NCBI GenBank assembly: GCA_902798755.1
Contig: CADBYC010000004.1
Span: forward strand, 72,135-136,134
Source: an uncultured Ruminococcus sp.
GTDB lineage: Bacteria; Bacillota; Clostridia; Oscillospirales; Acutalibacteraceae
Direction of reading: 5' to 3'
DNA length: 64,000 nt
The notes beneath the pieces were generated by a model. It was given only the letters and a program-made list of their open reading frames with translations. It had not been told where the DNA came from and did not search any database. Position 1 is the stretch's first letter. The number at the start of each line of letters is the position of its first letter. The position numbers and the translations under genes were made by a program. Positions 48,969 to 60,548 of this stretch are shown here, in pieces.

Positions 48969-51419
48969 TTATTCTTCTGTGGAATTAAAGGTGAACTTCT
49001 CGCCGTCATAATCGCAGACGATCGGCTTCTTGCTGTCAAAGTCCGCGTCGAGCATGCGCTCAGAGAGCTTATCCTCGATATTGGTGACGATCGCTCTGCG
49101 CAGGGGACGCGCGCCGTAGGTGTCGTCAAAGCCCTCGTCGGCGATCTTCTCAACCGCCTTATCGGTAAAGCTGACCGTGACGCCTAAGCCGCTCAGACGC
49201 TTTTTCAGGGTCTCGAGCATGAGCCGCGCGATCTGCTCGATCTCGGGCTTTGTGAGCTTATTGAATACGATGATATCGTCCACACGGTTCAGGAATTCGG
49301 GACGGAACACCTGCTTGAGCTCGCTCAGTACCATCTCGCGGACACTCACGTTGTCCATGCTGTTGTCGCCGTTCGCAAAGCCGAGAGCCGCTTGGCGCTG
49401 TTCGGTGATCCTGCGCGCGCCGACGTTCGAGGTCATGATGATGATGGTGTTCTTGAAGTCGACCGTCCTGCCCTGACTGTCGGTCAGACGACCGTCCTCA
49501 AGGATCTGTAACAGCATATTGAACACATCGGGGTGCGCCTTTTCAATCTCGTCGAACAGTACGACGGAATAGGGCTTGCGGCGTACCGCTTCGGTCAGCT
49601 GACCGCCCTCGTCATAGCCGACGTAGCCGGGAGGCGAGCCGACCAGACGGGAGACGGTGTGCTTCTCCATATATTCGCTCATGTCCAGACGGAGCATGGC
49701 GTTCTCGTCGCCGAACATCGCCTGTGCCAGCGCCTTGCAGAGCTCGGTCTTGCCGACGCCCGTGGGACCGAGGAAGATAAAGGAGCCAATGGGTCTCTTC
49801 GGGTCCTTGATACCGACTCTGCCGCGGCGGATCGCTCTCGATACGGCGGATACCGCTTCCTCCTGACCGACGACGCGCTCATGCAGGATCTTCTCCATGT
49901 TGAGCAGGCGCTCGGATTCCTCGCGCGTCAGCTCTACGACAGGGATCTTTGTCCATGACGATACGATGGCGGCGATATCCTCGGCAGTGACCTCATGCGA
50001 CGCCTCGAGGTTGCTCTCCTGCCAGCCGCTCTTCGCCTTTTCGAGCTGCTCGGTCACGTTCTTCTCCTCATCGCGGAGCTGTGCCGCGCGCTCAAAGTCC
50101 TGCTCGTTGATGGCTGCGGACTTCTCGCTCTCGAGCTTTTCGAGCTGCGCCTCCAAATCCTTGATCTCGTTCGGATAGGTCAAGGCGCTCAGGCGCACCT
50201 TCGACGCCGCCTCGTCGACCAGATCGATCGCCTTATCGGGCAGGAAGCGGTCGGCGATATAGCGGGAGCTGAGCTTGACCGCCGCCTCGATCGCTTCATC
50301 GGTGATCTTGACCTTGTGGTGCGCTTCATAGCGGTCGCGCAGACCCTTGAGGATCGCGATCGCGTCCTCCTCGTTCGGCTCGCCGACGGTCACGGGCTGG
50401 AAGCGGCGCTCCAGAGCCGCGTCCTTCTCAATATACTTGCGGTATTCCTCGAGGGTCGTCGCGCCGATGACCTGAAAGTCGCCGCGCGCCAGAGAGGGCT
50501 TGAGGATATTCGCGGCGTCGGCGCTGCCCTCCGCGGAGCCCGCGCCGATGATGGTGTGCAGCTCGTCGATAAAGAGAATAATATTCTTGCTCTTCTTGAC
50601 CTCGTCGATAGCGTTCTTGATCCTCTCCTCGAACTCGCCGCGGTACTTAGAGCCCGCGATCATGCCCGTCAGATCAAGCGACACGATTCTCTTGTCGCGC
50701 AGGTGCTCAGGCACCTCGCCGTTGACGATTTTCAATGCCAGACCCTCCGCGATCGCGGTCTTGCCCACGCCGGGCTCGCCGATCAGGCAGGGGTTGTTTT
50801 TTGTACGGCGGGAGAGAATCTGGATAATGCGTTTGATCTCCTCTTCCCTACCGATGACGGGATCGATCTCACCGTTCCTCGCCGCCTGCGTCAGATCGCG
50901 CGAGAAGCTGTCGAGCGTTTTGCTGTCGCTGTTCGCTACAGGCTGCGTGTTCGAGGTGCGGTTTGGGGTCATATCCCCCGCGTCCTCGTCCCTGAGGTTC
51001 GCGCTCATACGGTCGGCGATCATCTGCGGGGTCACGCCCAGCTCCGCCAGATAGCGGATCGCATAGCTGTCGCGGTCGGACAGCAGCGCAATCAATAGAT
51101 GCTCTGTGCCGACGTAGCCCGAGCCTGTACGAGCGGAGTAGGATACCGCCAACTGCATCACGCGCTTGGAGCGGGGAGTAAAATCATTGGGATTAAGAGA
51201 GACGATCCGATCCTCTCTCTGCATCATGCTCTCGAGCTTCTCAGCGGTAACGCCCGCGTCGTGAAGCGCGGTATACGCTACGCCGCTGCCCTCCTTGCAT
51301 AAGCCGATCAGGATATGCTCAGAGCCGATATAGTCGTGACCGAAGCGCTCTGCGCTCTCGATCGCCAGATTCAGCGCCTTGTTCGCCTTATCCGTAAAGC
51401 CTTTGAATGTATATCTCAT
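48969..51419 (-). CDS. clpC: Clp protease ATPase subunit ClpC
   Basis: Clp N repeats, [11 protein letters not shown] domain, GPTGVGKT. Confidence 0.97.
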   Translation of the reverse strand: MRYTFKGFTDKANKALNLAIESAERFGHDYIGSEHILIGLCKEGSGVAYTALHDAGVTAEKLESMMQREDRIVSLNPNDFTPRSKRVMQLAVSYSARTGSGYVGTEHLLIALLSDRDSYAIRYLAELGVTPQMIADRMSANLRDEDAGDMTPNRTSNTQPVANSDSKTLDSFSRDLTQAARNGEIDPVIGREEEIKRIIQILSRRTKNNPCLIGEPGVGKTAIAEGLALKIVNGEVPEHLRDKRIVSLDLTGMIAGSKYRGEFEERIKNAIDEVKKSKNIILFIDELHTIIGAGSAEGSADAANILKPSLARGDFQVIGATTLEEYRKYIEKDAALERRFQPVTVGEPNEEDAIAILKGLRDRYEAHHKVKITDEAIEAAVKLSSRYIADRFLPDKAIDLVDEAASKVRLSALTYPNEIKDLEAQLEKLESEKSAAINEQDFERAAQLRDEEKNVTEQLEKAKSGWQESNLEASHEVTAEDIAAIVSSWTKIPVVELTREESERLLNMEKILHERVVGQEEAVSAVSRAIRRGRVGIKDPKRPIGSFIFLGPTGVGKTELCKALAQAMFGDENAMLRLDMSEYMEKHTVSRLVGSPPGYVGYDEGGQLTEAVRRKPYSVVLFDEIEKAHPDVFNMLLQILEDGRLTDSQGRTVDFKNTIIIMTSNVGARRITEQRQAALGFANGDNSMDNVSVREMVLSELKQVFRPEFLNRVDDIIVFNKLTKPEIEQIARLMLETLKKRLSGLGVTVSFTDKAVEKIADEGFDDTYGARPLRRAIVTNIEDKLSERMLDADFDSKKPIVCDYDGEKFTFNSTEE

Positions 51420-51461
51420 ATATTCATCCTCCTTTATATGCTATCGTGTTCTTATCACTCG

Positions 51462-52439
51462 TTAATTGAATCTTTCTGTGAGGATCTGAGCGCGCTTGAT
51501 ATCCCTGTCGCGCGGGCTCATATCCTCGCCGTAACGCGTCATGATCGACGCGGGCTGTATCTCGACGATCAGCTTGTCGATACTGTCGGCGGAGAGGGTC
51601 TCGAGCATTTTTTCACAAACGCCCAATCTCACCAGCGACAACAGCTTCATCGCCTCGCTGTGATCCATCAGCTTTGCGGTTTTCAGGATACCCAGCGCGC
51701 GGTGGATCTTGTCCTGTGCCTCGATATTCTTGAGCAGGTTATCTCTCACGCGCATTTCCTGCGTGATCAACTGATTGGCGATGTTCTTTAAATTCTCGAT
51801 CGCCGCCTTCTCGGAGATGCCGAGGGTCACCTGATTGGAAAGCTGGAAGAACGCTCCCGCGGGCTTGGTGCTTTCGCCGTACAGTCCGCGCATGGTAAGC
51901 CCGAGCTTTGACAGGTTCGCGCCGATACGATTGACCGTTCCGCTCATTTCGAGCGCGGGCAGATGGAGCATGACAGAAGCGCGCATTCCCGTACCGAGGT
52001 TGGTCGGGCACTGGGTCAGGTAGCCAAGGCGGTCGTGGAACGCGTAGTTTAATTTCTTTGAAAGAATATTATCCACCTCTTCCGCCAGCGCGTAGGCTTT
52101 GTCGAGCTCAAAACCGTCCATCATCACCTGCAAGCGGATATGATCCTCTTCGTTGACCATGATGGACACGGTGTTGTCGTCGCTGAGATACACCGCTCTG
52201 CCGTCCTTCTCGCTGATGAAATCGGGGCTGACCAGATGGCGCTCGATCATCGCGACGCGAATGGTATCGGGGATCGAATCCATATCGATACGGTGGAATT
52301 TCAGGGGGCTGTCCTTCAGCGCTTCGCCGACCTTATCAACGATCTCGCGCGCCTTATCCGCCGAAAGACGGATCGGGAAAGGATATTCTTTCAGGTTTCG
52401 CGCCAGTCTGATCCTGGTCGATACAACTGCTTTGCTCAT
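51462..52439 (-). CDS. mcsB: Protein arginine kinase McsB
   Basis: STRIRLARN, NEEDH, CPTNLGTG. Confidence 0.96.
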   Translation of the reverse strand: MSKAVVSTRIRLARNLKEYPFPIRLSADKAREIVDKVGEALKDSPLKFHRIDMDSIPDTIRVAMIERHLVSPDFISEKDGRAVYLSDDNTVSIMVNEEDHIRLQVMMDGFELDKAYALAEEVDNILSKKLNYAFHDRLGYLTQCPTNLGTGMRASVMLHLPALEMSGTVNRIGANLSKLGLTMRGLYGESTKPAGAFFQLSNQVTLGISEKAAIENLKNIANQLITQEMRVRDNLLKNIEAQDKIHRALGILKTAKLMDHSEAMKLLSLVRLGVCEKMLETLSADSIDKLIVEIQPASIMTRYGEDMSPRDRDIKRAQILTERFN

Positions 52440-52441
52440 CG

Positions 52442-52954
52442 TTATCCCTCCAATTCCTTGATCTCGTCACGAAGCTGAGCGGCTCGCTCAAAGTTCTCGT
52501 CCTCGATCGCCTTTTTCAGCTCAGCACGTAAAGCGGCAATCTTATCCTCCGCCGATTCGGTTTGATCTTTCTTATCTTCGTTCACGGTGTACTCGATCGC
52601 GTTCGGGCGCTTGCCCTTGTGCTCGGTGTTGCCGTGGATATTGCGGATCGTGGGCATCAGCTCGCTGAAAAACGTATCGTAGCAATCCGCGCAGCCGACC
52701 TTGCCCGTGCGCTTGATATCGTTGAGGGTACTGCCGCAGGTGTTGCAGTGAGCCGCGCCGGAGATCGCGGGGAGCGCGTTGGAGAAGAAGCTCGAGAGCA
52801 GTCCTCCGAAATCGGCGCTGAAATCGGGGAACATGGAATCATACCCCAGCTCGTGAGCACATTCGTGACACAGCCTGTATTCGGCGTACTCGCCGTTGAT
52901 CATCGTTTTGACTACCGTAGTAGCCTCGTTCTTTTTGCAATGTTGACACAGCAT
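52442..52954 (-). CDS. mcsA: McsB activator McsA
   Basis: Four CxxC motifs and UVR domain. Confidence 0.95.
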   Translation of the reverse strand: MLCQHCKKNEATTVVKTMINGEYAEYRLCHECAHELGYDSMFPDFSADFGGLLSSFFSNALPAISGAAHCNTCGSTLNDIKRTGKVGCADCYDTFFSELMPTIRNIHGNTEHKGKRPNAIEYTVNEDKKDQTESAEDKIAALRAELKKAIEDENFERAAQLRDEIKELEG

Positions 52955-53012
52955 GAAGATTCCTCCTTAATATTGTTTCATATACCATTATTCTTATGTT
53001 GTTTTTGATGAA

Positions 53013-53468
53013 TTAATCAGCGATCAGCGTCAGGAGCATATTTTTGAACACCGCCGCCCTGAGCGAGTCGCGGTACTCCTGCGGAACGCCGAGGTATGCC
53101 CTCTCGCCCATCGCCGCCGCCATCAGCTTTGCGCTACGCGCGTCGATAAATCCGCGGGACAGCATATTGTCGATCATCACCTCGGCTGTCGCCTTGTCGA
53201 GCGTCGTGCCGATCGCGTTGACGATGTGCATGATCGCAACGTCGCGGGAGGTGTTGATGCGGGTGATGCGGATATATCCGCCCCCGCCGCGACGGGATTC
53301 GACGATAAAGCCCTGCTCGGGCGTGAATCGCGAGGTGATCACATAGTTGATCTGACTGGGAACGCACCCTAAGGTAGTCGCCAGCTCGTTGCGTTTGATC
53401 TCTGCCGCGCCGTTATGTTCATCCAAGATGTCCATGATATAGCGGGCAACCATATCGCTCATACGCAT
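53013..53468 (-). CDS. ctsR: Heat-shock repressor CtsR
   Basis: CVPSQINYVI, VESRRGGGGYIRI. Confidence 0.96.
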   Translation of the reverse strand: MRMSDMVARYIMDILDEHNGAAEIKRNELATTLGCVPSQINYVITSRFTPEQGFIVESRRGGGGYIRITRINTSRDVAIMHIVNAIGTTLDKATAEVMIDNMLSRGFIDARSAKLMAAAMGERAYLGVPQEYRDSLRAAVFKNMLLTLIAD

Positions 53469-53601
53469 TTTGCTTACCTTCTCTCTGTAGGTTCGGATAT
53501 AGGGTGACTTTGTTCCGCCTTTTCAATGTCAAACAGACATTCACGGCGGGTCAAGTGTCCGCTCAGACCAAGCCGCCGTTCGACTCGCGTCCGCCGTCAC
53601 T

Positions 53602-53663
53602 CTTTGTCCTTCTCTGACCTTGACTATAGTATAATCCATTTGTCAAAGAAAGTCAAGGTCAAA
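53602..53663 (-). promoter_or_regulatory. ctsR operon promoter with CtsR boxes
   Basis: Minus strand TTGACT-17 bp-TATACT overlapped by GTCAA heptad repeats (agtcaaggtcagagaaggacaaa on minus; gtcaaagaaagtcaaggtcaaa on plus). Confidence 0.85.
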
Positions 53664-53815
53664 ATCAAATATTCACAAATTGTTCAAAAATAGCTTTATA
53701 ATTCTAAATCAGAATTATTTTCACGGTTGATTCGAATTTCTCTTTCCGATTCCGATACTGACACAAAACAAAAAAAGCGGTACAACCGTAGCTGTACCGC
53801 CTTAACTGATCTGTA

Positions 53816-54565
53816 TTATAAAACCTTACGCAAGAAGTCCTGTGTGCGCTCGTTCTGCGGATTGCCGAACACCTCTTCGGGGGTGCCCTCCTCGCAGATC
53901 ACGCCGTCCGCCATGAACAGCACGCGGTCGGAGACCTCGCGCGCGAAGCCCATCTCGTGGGTGACGACGATCATCGTCATGCCCTCTGCCGCGAGCTCCT
54001 TCATAACGTCCAGCACCTCGCCGACCATTTCGGGATCGAGCGCGGAGGTGGGCTCGTCAAAGAGCATGATGTCGGGGTTCATCGCCAGCGCTCTCGCGAT
54101 CGCGACGCGCTGCTGCTGACCGCCCGAAAGCTCGCCGGGGAACGAATCCGCCTTGTCCGAGAGACCGACTCTCGCGAGCAGCTCCTTTGCCTTCTGTTCG
54201 GCTTGCTCCTTGGTCATCTTCTTGAGCATGACGGGCGCCATCATGATATTCTTGATGACGGTCATATTCTGGAAAAGGTTAAATTGCTGGAACACCATGC
54301 CGATATTCTCGCGCACCTTATTGATATTCATCTTCTTGTCGGTGATGTCGTAGCCGTCAATCTCGATCGTGCCCGAGGTCGCGTCCTCGAGCTTATTCAG
54401 ACAGCGCAGGAAGGTGGATTTGCCCGAGCCGGACGGTCCGATGACGCAGACGACCTCGCCCTCATAGATGGTCGCGTCGATACCCGTCAATACCTCGTTC
54501 TTGTCAAAGTACTTATGAAGATTGGTTACGACGACCTTTTTGTTCTCTCTGTTAATGTTCGTCAC
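53816..54565 (-). CDS. Polar amino acid ABC transporter ATPase (GlnQ-like)
   Basis: [27 protein letters not shown]; likely GTG start at 54565. Confidence 0.95.
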   Translation of the reverse strand: MTNINRENKKVVVTNLHKYFDKNEVLTGIDATIYEGEVVCVIGPSGSGKSTFLRCLNKLEDATSGTIEIDGYDITDKKMNINKVRENIGMVFQQFNLFQNMTVIKNIMMAPVMLKKMTKEQAEQKAKELLARVGLSDKADSFPGELSGGQQQRVAIARALAMNPDIMLFDEPTSALDPEMVGEVLDVMKELAAEGMTMIVVTHEMGFAREVSDRVLFMADGVICEEGTPEEVFGNPQNERTQDFLRKVL

Positions 54566-55247
54566 GGTGTCTGCCCCTCCTCTCATACTTCAGCTTCTTT
54601 TCGATGTAATTGGAAATGATCATCAGGATAGAGATGATCACCAAATACATTGCGGCGACCACCAGATAGGTCTCGAAGAAGGTATAGGTACTGCCGACAT
54701 AGGTCTTAGCCTTGTTGACCAGCTCCGCCATACCGATTGCCGAGAGAATAGAGGTATCCTTGATGGTGATGATAAACTGGTTGACCAGCGAGGGGATAGA
54801 AAACTTGATCGCCTGAGGCAGAACGATCTTGCGCATCGCCTGACCCTGCGACAGACCCAGCGAACGCGCCGCCTCGGTCTGACCCTTCGGTACCGCCATG
54901 ATACCGCCGCGGTAGATCTCCGCGAGATACGCGCCCGCGTTCAGGGACAGGGTGATGATACCCGCCGTCAGAGCGGTAAATTTAAAGTCGCTGACAAACA
55001 TGCGCACGACCTGCGGCACACCGAAGAACACGATGAACGCCTGTACCAGCATCGGCGTTCCGCGGATGATCCAGATATACACGCCCGCGATCGCTCTGAG
55101 GACGACGTTCTTCGACATCTTCATCAAACACACCAACAGACCGATGACCATACCGATCAGGATCGACACCAGCGAGGTGATGACGGTCAGTTTCAAGCCT
55201 TCCAGCAGCAGAGGCATCGCTCCGCTGAACACTTTACCAAAATCCAT
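54552..55247 (-). CDS. Polar amino acid ABC transporter permease
   Basis: [29 protein letters not shown]. Confidence 0.95.
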   Translation of the reverse strand: MDFGKVFSGAMPLLLEGLKLTVITSLVSILIGMVIGLLVCLMKMSKNVVLRAIAGVYIWIIRGTPMLVQAFIVFFGVPQVVRMFVSDFKFTALTAGIITLSLNAGAYLAEIYRGGIMAVPKGQTEAARSLGLSQGQAMRKIVLPQAIKFSIPSLVNQFIITIKDTSILSAIGMAELVNKAKTYVGSTYTFFETYLVVAAMYLVIISILMIISNYIEKKLKYERRGRHRDEH

Positions 55248-55348
55248 ATACTACAACTGCCTTACATAAATTCAGCACGATAAATCATTACCGTGCTGAA
55301 TCTGAATTTAAACTTTTACAGCTCAGGTAATTTCAAAATACCTTAGGA

Positions 55349-56137
55349 TCAATAACCGTACTTAGCAAGGATCTCCTTGTACTTGCCGCTTGCCTTGATG
55401 TTAGCAAGACCGGTGTTGAACTTCTCGATGAGTTCAGCGTTCTTGCCCTTCTGAACAGCAAAGCCGTAGCCCTTGACGTTCGCGGGCTCTTCGGAGATGA
55501 TTTCGAGGTTGACCTGACCGGTCTTGATCGCGTAACCGATAACGGAGAAGTCCTCTACGCAAGCGACGTCAGCGCCGGTAGCGACTGCCTGATACATGTT
55601 GTCGGAGCCCTCATAGTAGTTGATGGTGAAGCCGTACTGATCCTTGATGGACTCAGCGTACTCGCCGCCGACGGTAGAGGTCTTAGCGGCTACGGTCTTG
55701 CCCTTGAGGTCCTCCATCTTGGTACCTGCCTTCGCGACGATGACCTGACCGTCGTCAAAGTAAGGCTCAGAGAAGTCGAAGGTCTCCTTGCGCTCGTCGG
55801 TGATGGTCATGCCCGCGATCATCGCGTCAGCCTGACCGCTCTGGACAGCGCCCATAGAAGCGTCAAAGCCCTCGTTGTGCATCTCATACTTGATGCCCTG
55901 ATCCTCAGCGATCGCCGCCATGATGTCCATGTCAACGCCGACATAAGCGTTGGTCTCGGTGTCGAGGTACTCAAACGGAGCGAAAGCGTTGTCGGAGTAG
56001 ATGATGTAGGTCTTGTCAGCGTCAGCCTTGGCGTCAGTCGCGTTGCCCTTGTTGGCATTGTTGCCGCCGCAAGCGGTCAGCATAGCGACAGAAGCAATCA
56101 TAGCGACAGCTAAGATCAGTGCTAATACTTTTTTCAT
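55349..56137 (-). CDS. Polar amino acid ABC substrate-binding lipoprotein
   Basis: Lipobox LTAC, FAPFEY, GMTITDER, DFSEPY. Confidence 0.93.
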   Translation of the reverse strand: MKKVLALILAVAMIASVAMLTACGGNNANKGNATDAKADADKTYIIYSDNAFAPFEYLDTETNAYVGVDMDIMAAIAEDQGIKYEMHNEGFDASMGAVQSGQADAMIAGMTITDERKETFDFSEPYFDDGQVIVAKAGTKMEDLKGKTVAAKTSTVGGEYAESIKDQYGFTINYYEGSDNMYQAVATGADVACVEDFSVIGYAIKTGQVNLEIISEEPANVKGYGFAVQKGKNAELIEKFNTGLANIKASGKYKEILAKYGY

Positions 56138-56448
56138 AACAATTTCTCCTTTTCTTGATTTAGTGTTTTACTGTGTAAAAACGTGCAAAAAAGCAACCTT
56201 AAAAATTATACACTAATCGTAAAACTTTGTCAATAAAATTCGAGACTAATCGAGGCAGAGAGACGCGGAAAACAACAGCCTTTCCCCGCATTGTCACAGC
56301 AGGCGGCGTCTCTGAACGCACAAAGCGGCTGCGCCCGAGGGCACAGCCGCGATTTGGCGATTTATTCACTTTGGCAAAACATTCTCTCAGCCGGATTCTC
56401 TGAGGGCTTGTCCCGCCTCAGTACTGAGCTTTATTTCAATCGTTCAGA

Positions 56449-57477
56449 TTACAGCTCAGCGAAATACTTGATGGTGCGAACCATCTGAGAAGTGTAGGAG
56501 TTCTCGTTATCATACCAAGAAACAACCTGAACCTCATACAGACCGTCGCCGATGGGAGATACCATGGTCTGGGTAGCGTCAAACAGAGAACCGAAGCGCA
56601 TGCCGATAACATCGGAAGATACGATCGGATCTTCGTTGTAACCGAAGCTGTCGCAAGCAGCAGCCTTCATAGCGGCATTGATGCCCTCTACGGTTACGTC
56701 GTCACCCTTGACAACAGCGGTCAGGATAGTGGTGGAACCTGTCGGAACCGGAACACGCTGAGCAGCGCCGATGAGCTTGCCGTTCAGCTCGGGGATAACC
56801 AGGCCGATTGCCTTAGCAGCGCCGGTGGAGTTGGGAACGATGTTCGCAGCGCCCGCGCGAGCTCTTCTCATGTCGCCCTTTCTGTGGGGACCGTCAAGGA
56901 TCATCTGGTCGCCGGTGTAAGCGTGAACAGTGCACATGATACCGGTCTGGATGGGAGCGTACTTGTTGAGGGTGTTAGCCATGGGAGCTAAGCAGTTGGT
57001 GGTGCAGGAAGCAGCAGAGATGATCTGATCGTCAGCGGTCAGAGTGTCCTCGTTAACGCTGAATACGATGGTCTTGAGGTCCTTGCCTGCGGGAGCAGAG
57101 ATAACGACCTTCTTAGCGCCTGCGTTGATGTGAGCCATGGACTTCTCCTTAGAGCAGTAGAAGCCGGTGCACTCGAGAACGACGTCTACGCCGATCTCGC
57201 CCCAAGGCAGCTTGGAAGCGTCAGCCTCAGCATAGATAGTGATCTCCTTACCGTCAACGATAATGGAGTTCTCGCCTGCCTCAACAGTGTGCAGATTTTC
57301 GCCGATAACGCCGCAGTAGCCCTTCTGAGCAGTGTCATACTTCAGCAGGTTTGCGAGCATAGCGGGGTTGGTCAGGTCGTTGATCGCAACTACCTCATAA
57401 CCCTCGGCGCCGAACATCTGACGGAAAGCCAGACGACCGATACGGCCAAAGCCGTTAATAGCAACTTTTACTGACAT
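56449..57477 (-). CDS. gap: Type I glyceraldehyde-3-phosphate dehydrogenase
   Basis: [22 protein letters not shown]. Confidence 0.98.
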   Translation of the reverse strand: MSVKVAINGFGRIGRLAFRQMFGAEGYEVVAINDLTNPAMLANLLKYDTAQKGYCGVIGENLHTVEAGENSIIVDGKEITIYAEADASKLPWGEIGVDVVLECTGFYCSKEKSMAHINAGAKKVVISAPAGKDLKTIVFSVNEDTLTADDQIISAASCTTNCLAPMANTLNKYAPIQTGIMCTVHAYTGDQMILDGPHRKGDMRRARAGAANIVPNSTGAAKAIGLVIPELNGKLIGAAQRVPVPTGSTTILTAVVKGDDVTVEGINAAMKAAACDSFGYNEDPIVSSDVIGMRFGSLFDATQTMVSPIGDGLYEVQVVSWYDNENSYTSQMVRTIKYFAEL

Positions 57478-57692
57478 ATTAATTCCTCCTAAGAATTATT
57501 AAATGTAAATTGTTACATCATTGTTATTTTACTACAAACGGAGAATGAAATCAAGGTGTAAATTTGAAATATTTACTAATTAACGGAATAATTCTCCTGT
57601 TTTTTTCTTTTCGAGCAGCGTCGGCGCGTCCCCACTTGACAGAAACCTTGAAAATACGATAAACTAAAAGAAATATCGAAAGGGGTGAAAGC

Positions 57693-60275
57693 ATGAAACG
57701 AAATGTGATCGGTATCCTCGCGCACGTCGACTCGGGCAAAACGACCTTGTCGGAAGCGATGATGTACGTCTCGGGCAATCTCTCAAAGCTCGGCAGGGTC
57801 GACCACAAAAACGCCTTTCTCGACAACTTCCGCTTAGAGCGCGAGCGCGGGATCACGATCTTCTCCAAGCAAGCGGTGCTCAGATTCGAAAACGCCGAAT
57901 TCACCCTGCTCGACACCCCGGGACACGTAGACTTCTCCGCCGAGACCGAACGCACCCTGCAGGTGCTCGACTACGCGATACTTGTCGTCAGCGGTACGAA
58001 CGGCGTGCAGAGCCACACTCTCACCCTCTGGAAGCTCCTGCAAAAGTACCATGTCCCCTGCTTTATCTTCGTCAACAAAATGGATATGGACGGCGCGGAC
58101 AAGGCGCTCGTATTCAGTCAGCTCAAAGCGAAGCTCAGCGAAAACTGCGTGGATTTCACCGCCGAACGCGAGGAGCTGTACGAGAACATCGCCCTGTGTG
58201 ATGATATCCTGCTGGAAAAATACTCCGAGACCGATCTCGTCGAGGAAAAAGATATCGTCAAGGTGATACGCGAGCGCAAGGCGTTCCCCTGTCTGTTCGG
58301 CTCGGCATTGAAGCTCGACGGCGTAGACGAGTTCCTGCAACTGCTCAACCGCTATACCGCCGAAAAGACCTACAATGCGGAATTCGCCGCGAAGGTATAC
58401 AAGATCACCGAGGACAAAGCAGGCGGCAGGCTGACCCACATGAAGATCACGGGCGGACAGCTGAGAGTCAAGGATATCCTGCCCGCAAAGAAGAATATCA
58501 ACAGCGAAAAGGTCAACCAGATCCGCATTTATTCGGGCGAGAAATTCACCGCTGTCGACGTCGCCGAAAGCGGCATGATCTGTGCTGTCACGGGTATCTC
58601 CTTTGCCCTCCCAGGCGACGGTTTGGGTACGGAGAGCGACACGGGACTGCCCGTGCTCGAACCCGTCCTCACCTATTCCGTACTCCTGCCCGACGATGTA
58701 GACGCGCATACGGCGCTCGCCAAGCTGCGCTTACTCGAGGTCGAAGACCCACAACTGAACATCGAATGGGACGATTTGAACGGTTGTATCCGTATCCGTC
58801 TGATGGGCGATATCCAGCTTGAGATCCTCAAAAGCATTATCGAAGAACGCTTCGGCTTCTCGGTCGGATTCGGACAGGGCAGCATCATCTACAAAGAAAC
58901 CATCGCCGACACGGTCGAGGGCGTCGGACATTTCGAACCCCTGCGCCATTACGCGGAGGTACATTTGCTGCTCCAGCCCGCCGAGCGCAACAGCGGATTA
59001 TCGTTTTACAGCGATTGCCCCGAGGACAAGCTCGACAAAAACTGGCAGCGACTGATCCTCACCCATCTGTATGAAAAAACGCACATCGGCGTGCTGACGG
59101 GCTCGCCGATCACCGATATGGAGATCATCCTCAAAGCGGGCAGGGCGCACCCGAAGCACACTGAGGGCGGCGACTTCCGCCAGGCGACCTATCGCGCGGT
59201 ACGGCAGGGCTTGCGCTCTGCAAAGAGTATCCTGCTCGAGCCGATCTACCGCTTCTCTTTAACCGTCCCCGCCGAGAACATCGGCAGGGCGATGAACGAC
59301 GTCACCCGCATGCACGGCAGCTTCGACCCGCCCGAGACTCTCGGCGAATCCGCCGTACTTACGGGCTCAGCGCCCGTATCCGAAATGCGCGATTTTGCGA
59401 GAGAGGTCATGCAGTACACCCGCGGCAACGGCAGACTTGCCGTCACCCTTAAGGGCTATGAACCCTGCCACAATGCGGAAGAGGTCATCGCCGCAATCGG
59501 CTACGATGCCGACAGCGATATCAACAACACCGCCGACTCGGTATTCTGCTCTCATGGCGCGGGCCATACCGTCAAGTGGGACGAAGTGCCCAAGAGCATG
59601 CATCTGCCGAGCGTCCTCGTCAAAGCCCCGCAGGAGGAAGCCTCCGTTTCAAGCGCAAGAGATTTCTCCAAGCTCAAATCGCAAAAGGACATCTTCGCGC
59701 TCGACAAGGAGCTCATGCACATCTTTGAGCAGACCTACGGTCCCGTTCACCGAAAGCAGTACAGCGAGCCGAAGCGGTATAAGGCCGTCGAATACAACGA
59801 GCGGAAGAAGAAAAAGAACCTGCCCTCCGACTGTAACGGCGTGGAATATGTGCTGGTGGACGGCTATAACGTGATCCACGCGTGGGACAATCTCAGAGAG
59901 CTGGTCAACGAGCACATGGACCTTGCGCGGAATCTGCTGATCAACACCCTGTGCAATTATCAGGGCTACAAAAAATGCGAGCTGATACTGGTCTTTGACG
60001 CGTACAAGATCAAGGGTCACGAGCGCGAGGTGGAGAAGGTCAACAACATCACCATCGTCTACACCAAGGAAGCGGAGACCGCCGACATGTACATCGAGCG
60101 CGCGTCCTACAAGCTCGCCAAGAACAACCGCGTCCGCGTCGTCACCTCCGACGGCATGGAACAGCTGATCATTCTCGGCAACGGCGCGATAAGGGTATCG
60201 GCAAGAGAATTCCGCGAAGAGATCGACCATGCGGAAGCGGAGATCAGAAGCATATTAGAGGAAAATAATCACTGA
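57693..60275 (+). CDS. TetM/EF-G-like translational GTPase fused to a YacP/Rae1-type NYN domain
   Basis: AHVDSGKT, ERGITI, DTPGH, NKMD; C-terminal VDGYN, VFDA, ETAD, VTSD. Confidence 0.92.
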   Translation: MKRNVIGILAHVDSGKTTLSEAMMYVSGNLSKLGRVDHKNAFLDNFRLERERGITIFSKQAVLRFENAEFTLLDTPGHVDFSAETERTLQVLDYAILVVSGTNGVQSHTLTLWKLLQKYHVPCFIFVNKMDMDGADKALVFSQLKAKLSENCVDFTAEREELYENIALCDDILLEKYSETDLVEEKDIVKVIRERKAFPCLFGSALKLDGVDEFLQLLNRYTAEKTYNAEFAAKVYKITEDKAGGRLTHMKITGGQLRVKDILPAKKNINSEKVNQIRIYSGEKFTAVDVAESGMICAVTGISFALPGDGLGTESDTGLPVLEPVLTYSVLLPDDVDAHTALAKLRLLEVEDPQLNIEWDDLNGCIRIRLMGDIQLEILKSIIEERFGFSVGFGQGSIIYKETIADTVEGVGHFEPLRHYAEVHLLLQPAERNSGLSFYSDCPEDKLDKNWQRLILTHLYEKTHIGVLTGSPITDMEIILKAGRAHPKHTEGGDFRQATYRAVRQGLRSAKSILLEPIYRFSLTVPAENIGRAMNDVTRMHGSFDPPETLGESAVLTGSAPVSEMRDFAREVMQYTRGNGRLAVTLKGYEPCHNAEEVIAAIGYDADSDINNTADSVFCSHGAGHTVKWDEVPKSMHLPSVLVKAPQEEASVSSARDFSKLKSQKDIFALDKELMHIFEQTYGPVHRKQYSEPKRYKAVEYNERKKKKNLPSDCNGVEYVLVDGYNVIHAWDNLRELVNEHMDLARNLLINTLCNYQGYKKCELILVFDAYKIKGHEREVEKVNNITIVYTKEAETADMYIERASYKLAKNNRVRVVTSDGMEQLIILGNGAIRVSAREFREEIDHAEAEIRSILEENNH

Positions 60276-60418
60276 TCCTATCAACAAAACGACCCGATGA
60301 TCTATTTCATCTCGTGTAGAAGTCCAATACGATAACCACAATTTCATAGCAACATAAAACGCGAACCTGAATCAGACGCATACCCGATTCAGATTCGCGT
60401 TATTGTTTCATTGATTTA

Positions 60419-60545
60419 TACTAATCCTTGATAAAAAGATTTAATCAGATATTAGTGATATATTTCGGATAGCGCGACGGGAGACGCAGACAGGCTGGCG
60501 CCTGTCAAGGAGATAGATGATATAGGTTTTTATTAAGGATTAGTA
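60419..60545 (+). mobile_element. MITE copy 3 (127 bp, internal deletion)
   Basis: Same TIRs; flanks TTA (left) and TAA (right). Confidence 0.85.
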
Positions 60546-60548
60546 TAA

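Noticed and set aside
57693-60275. Tetracycline resistance gene tetM/tetW
   Set aside because: 860 aa with NYN fusion, native codon usage and no mobile context; only a paralogue.
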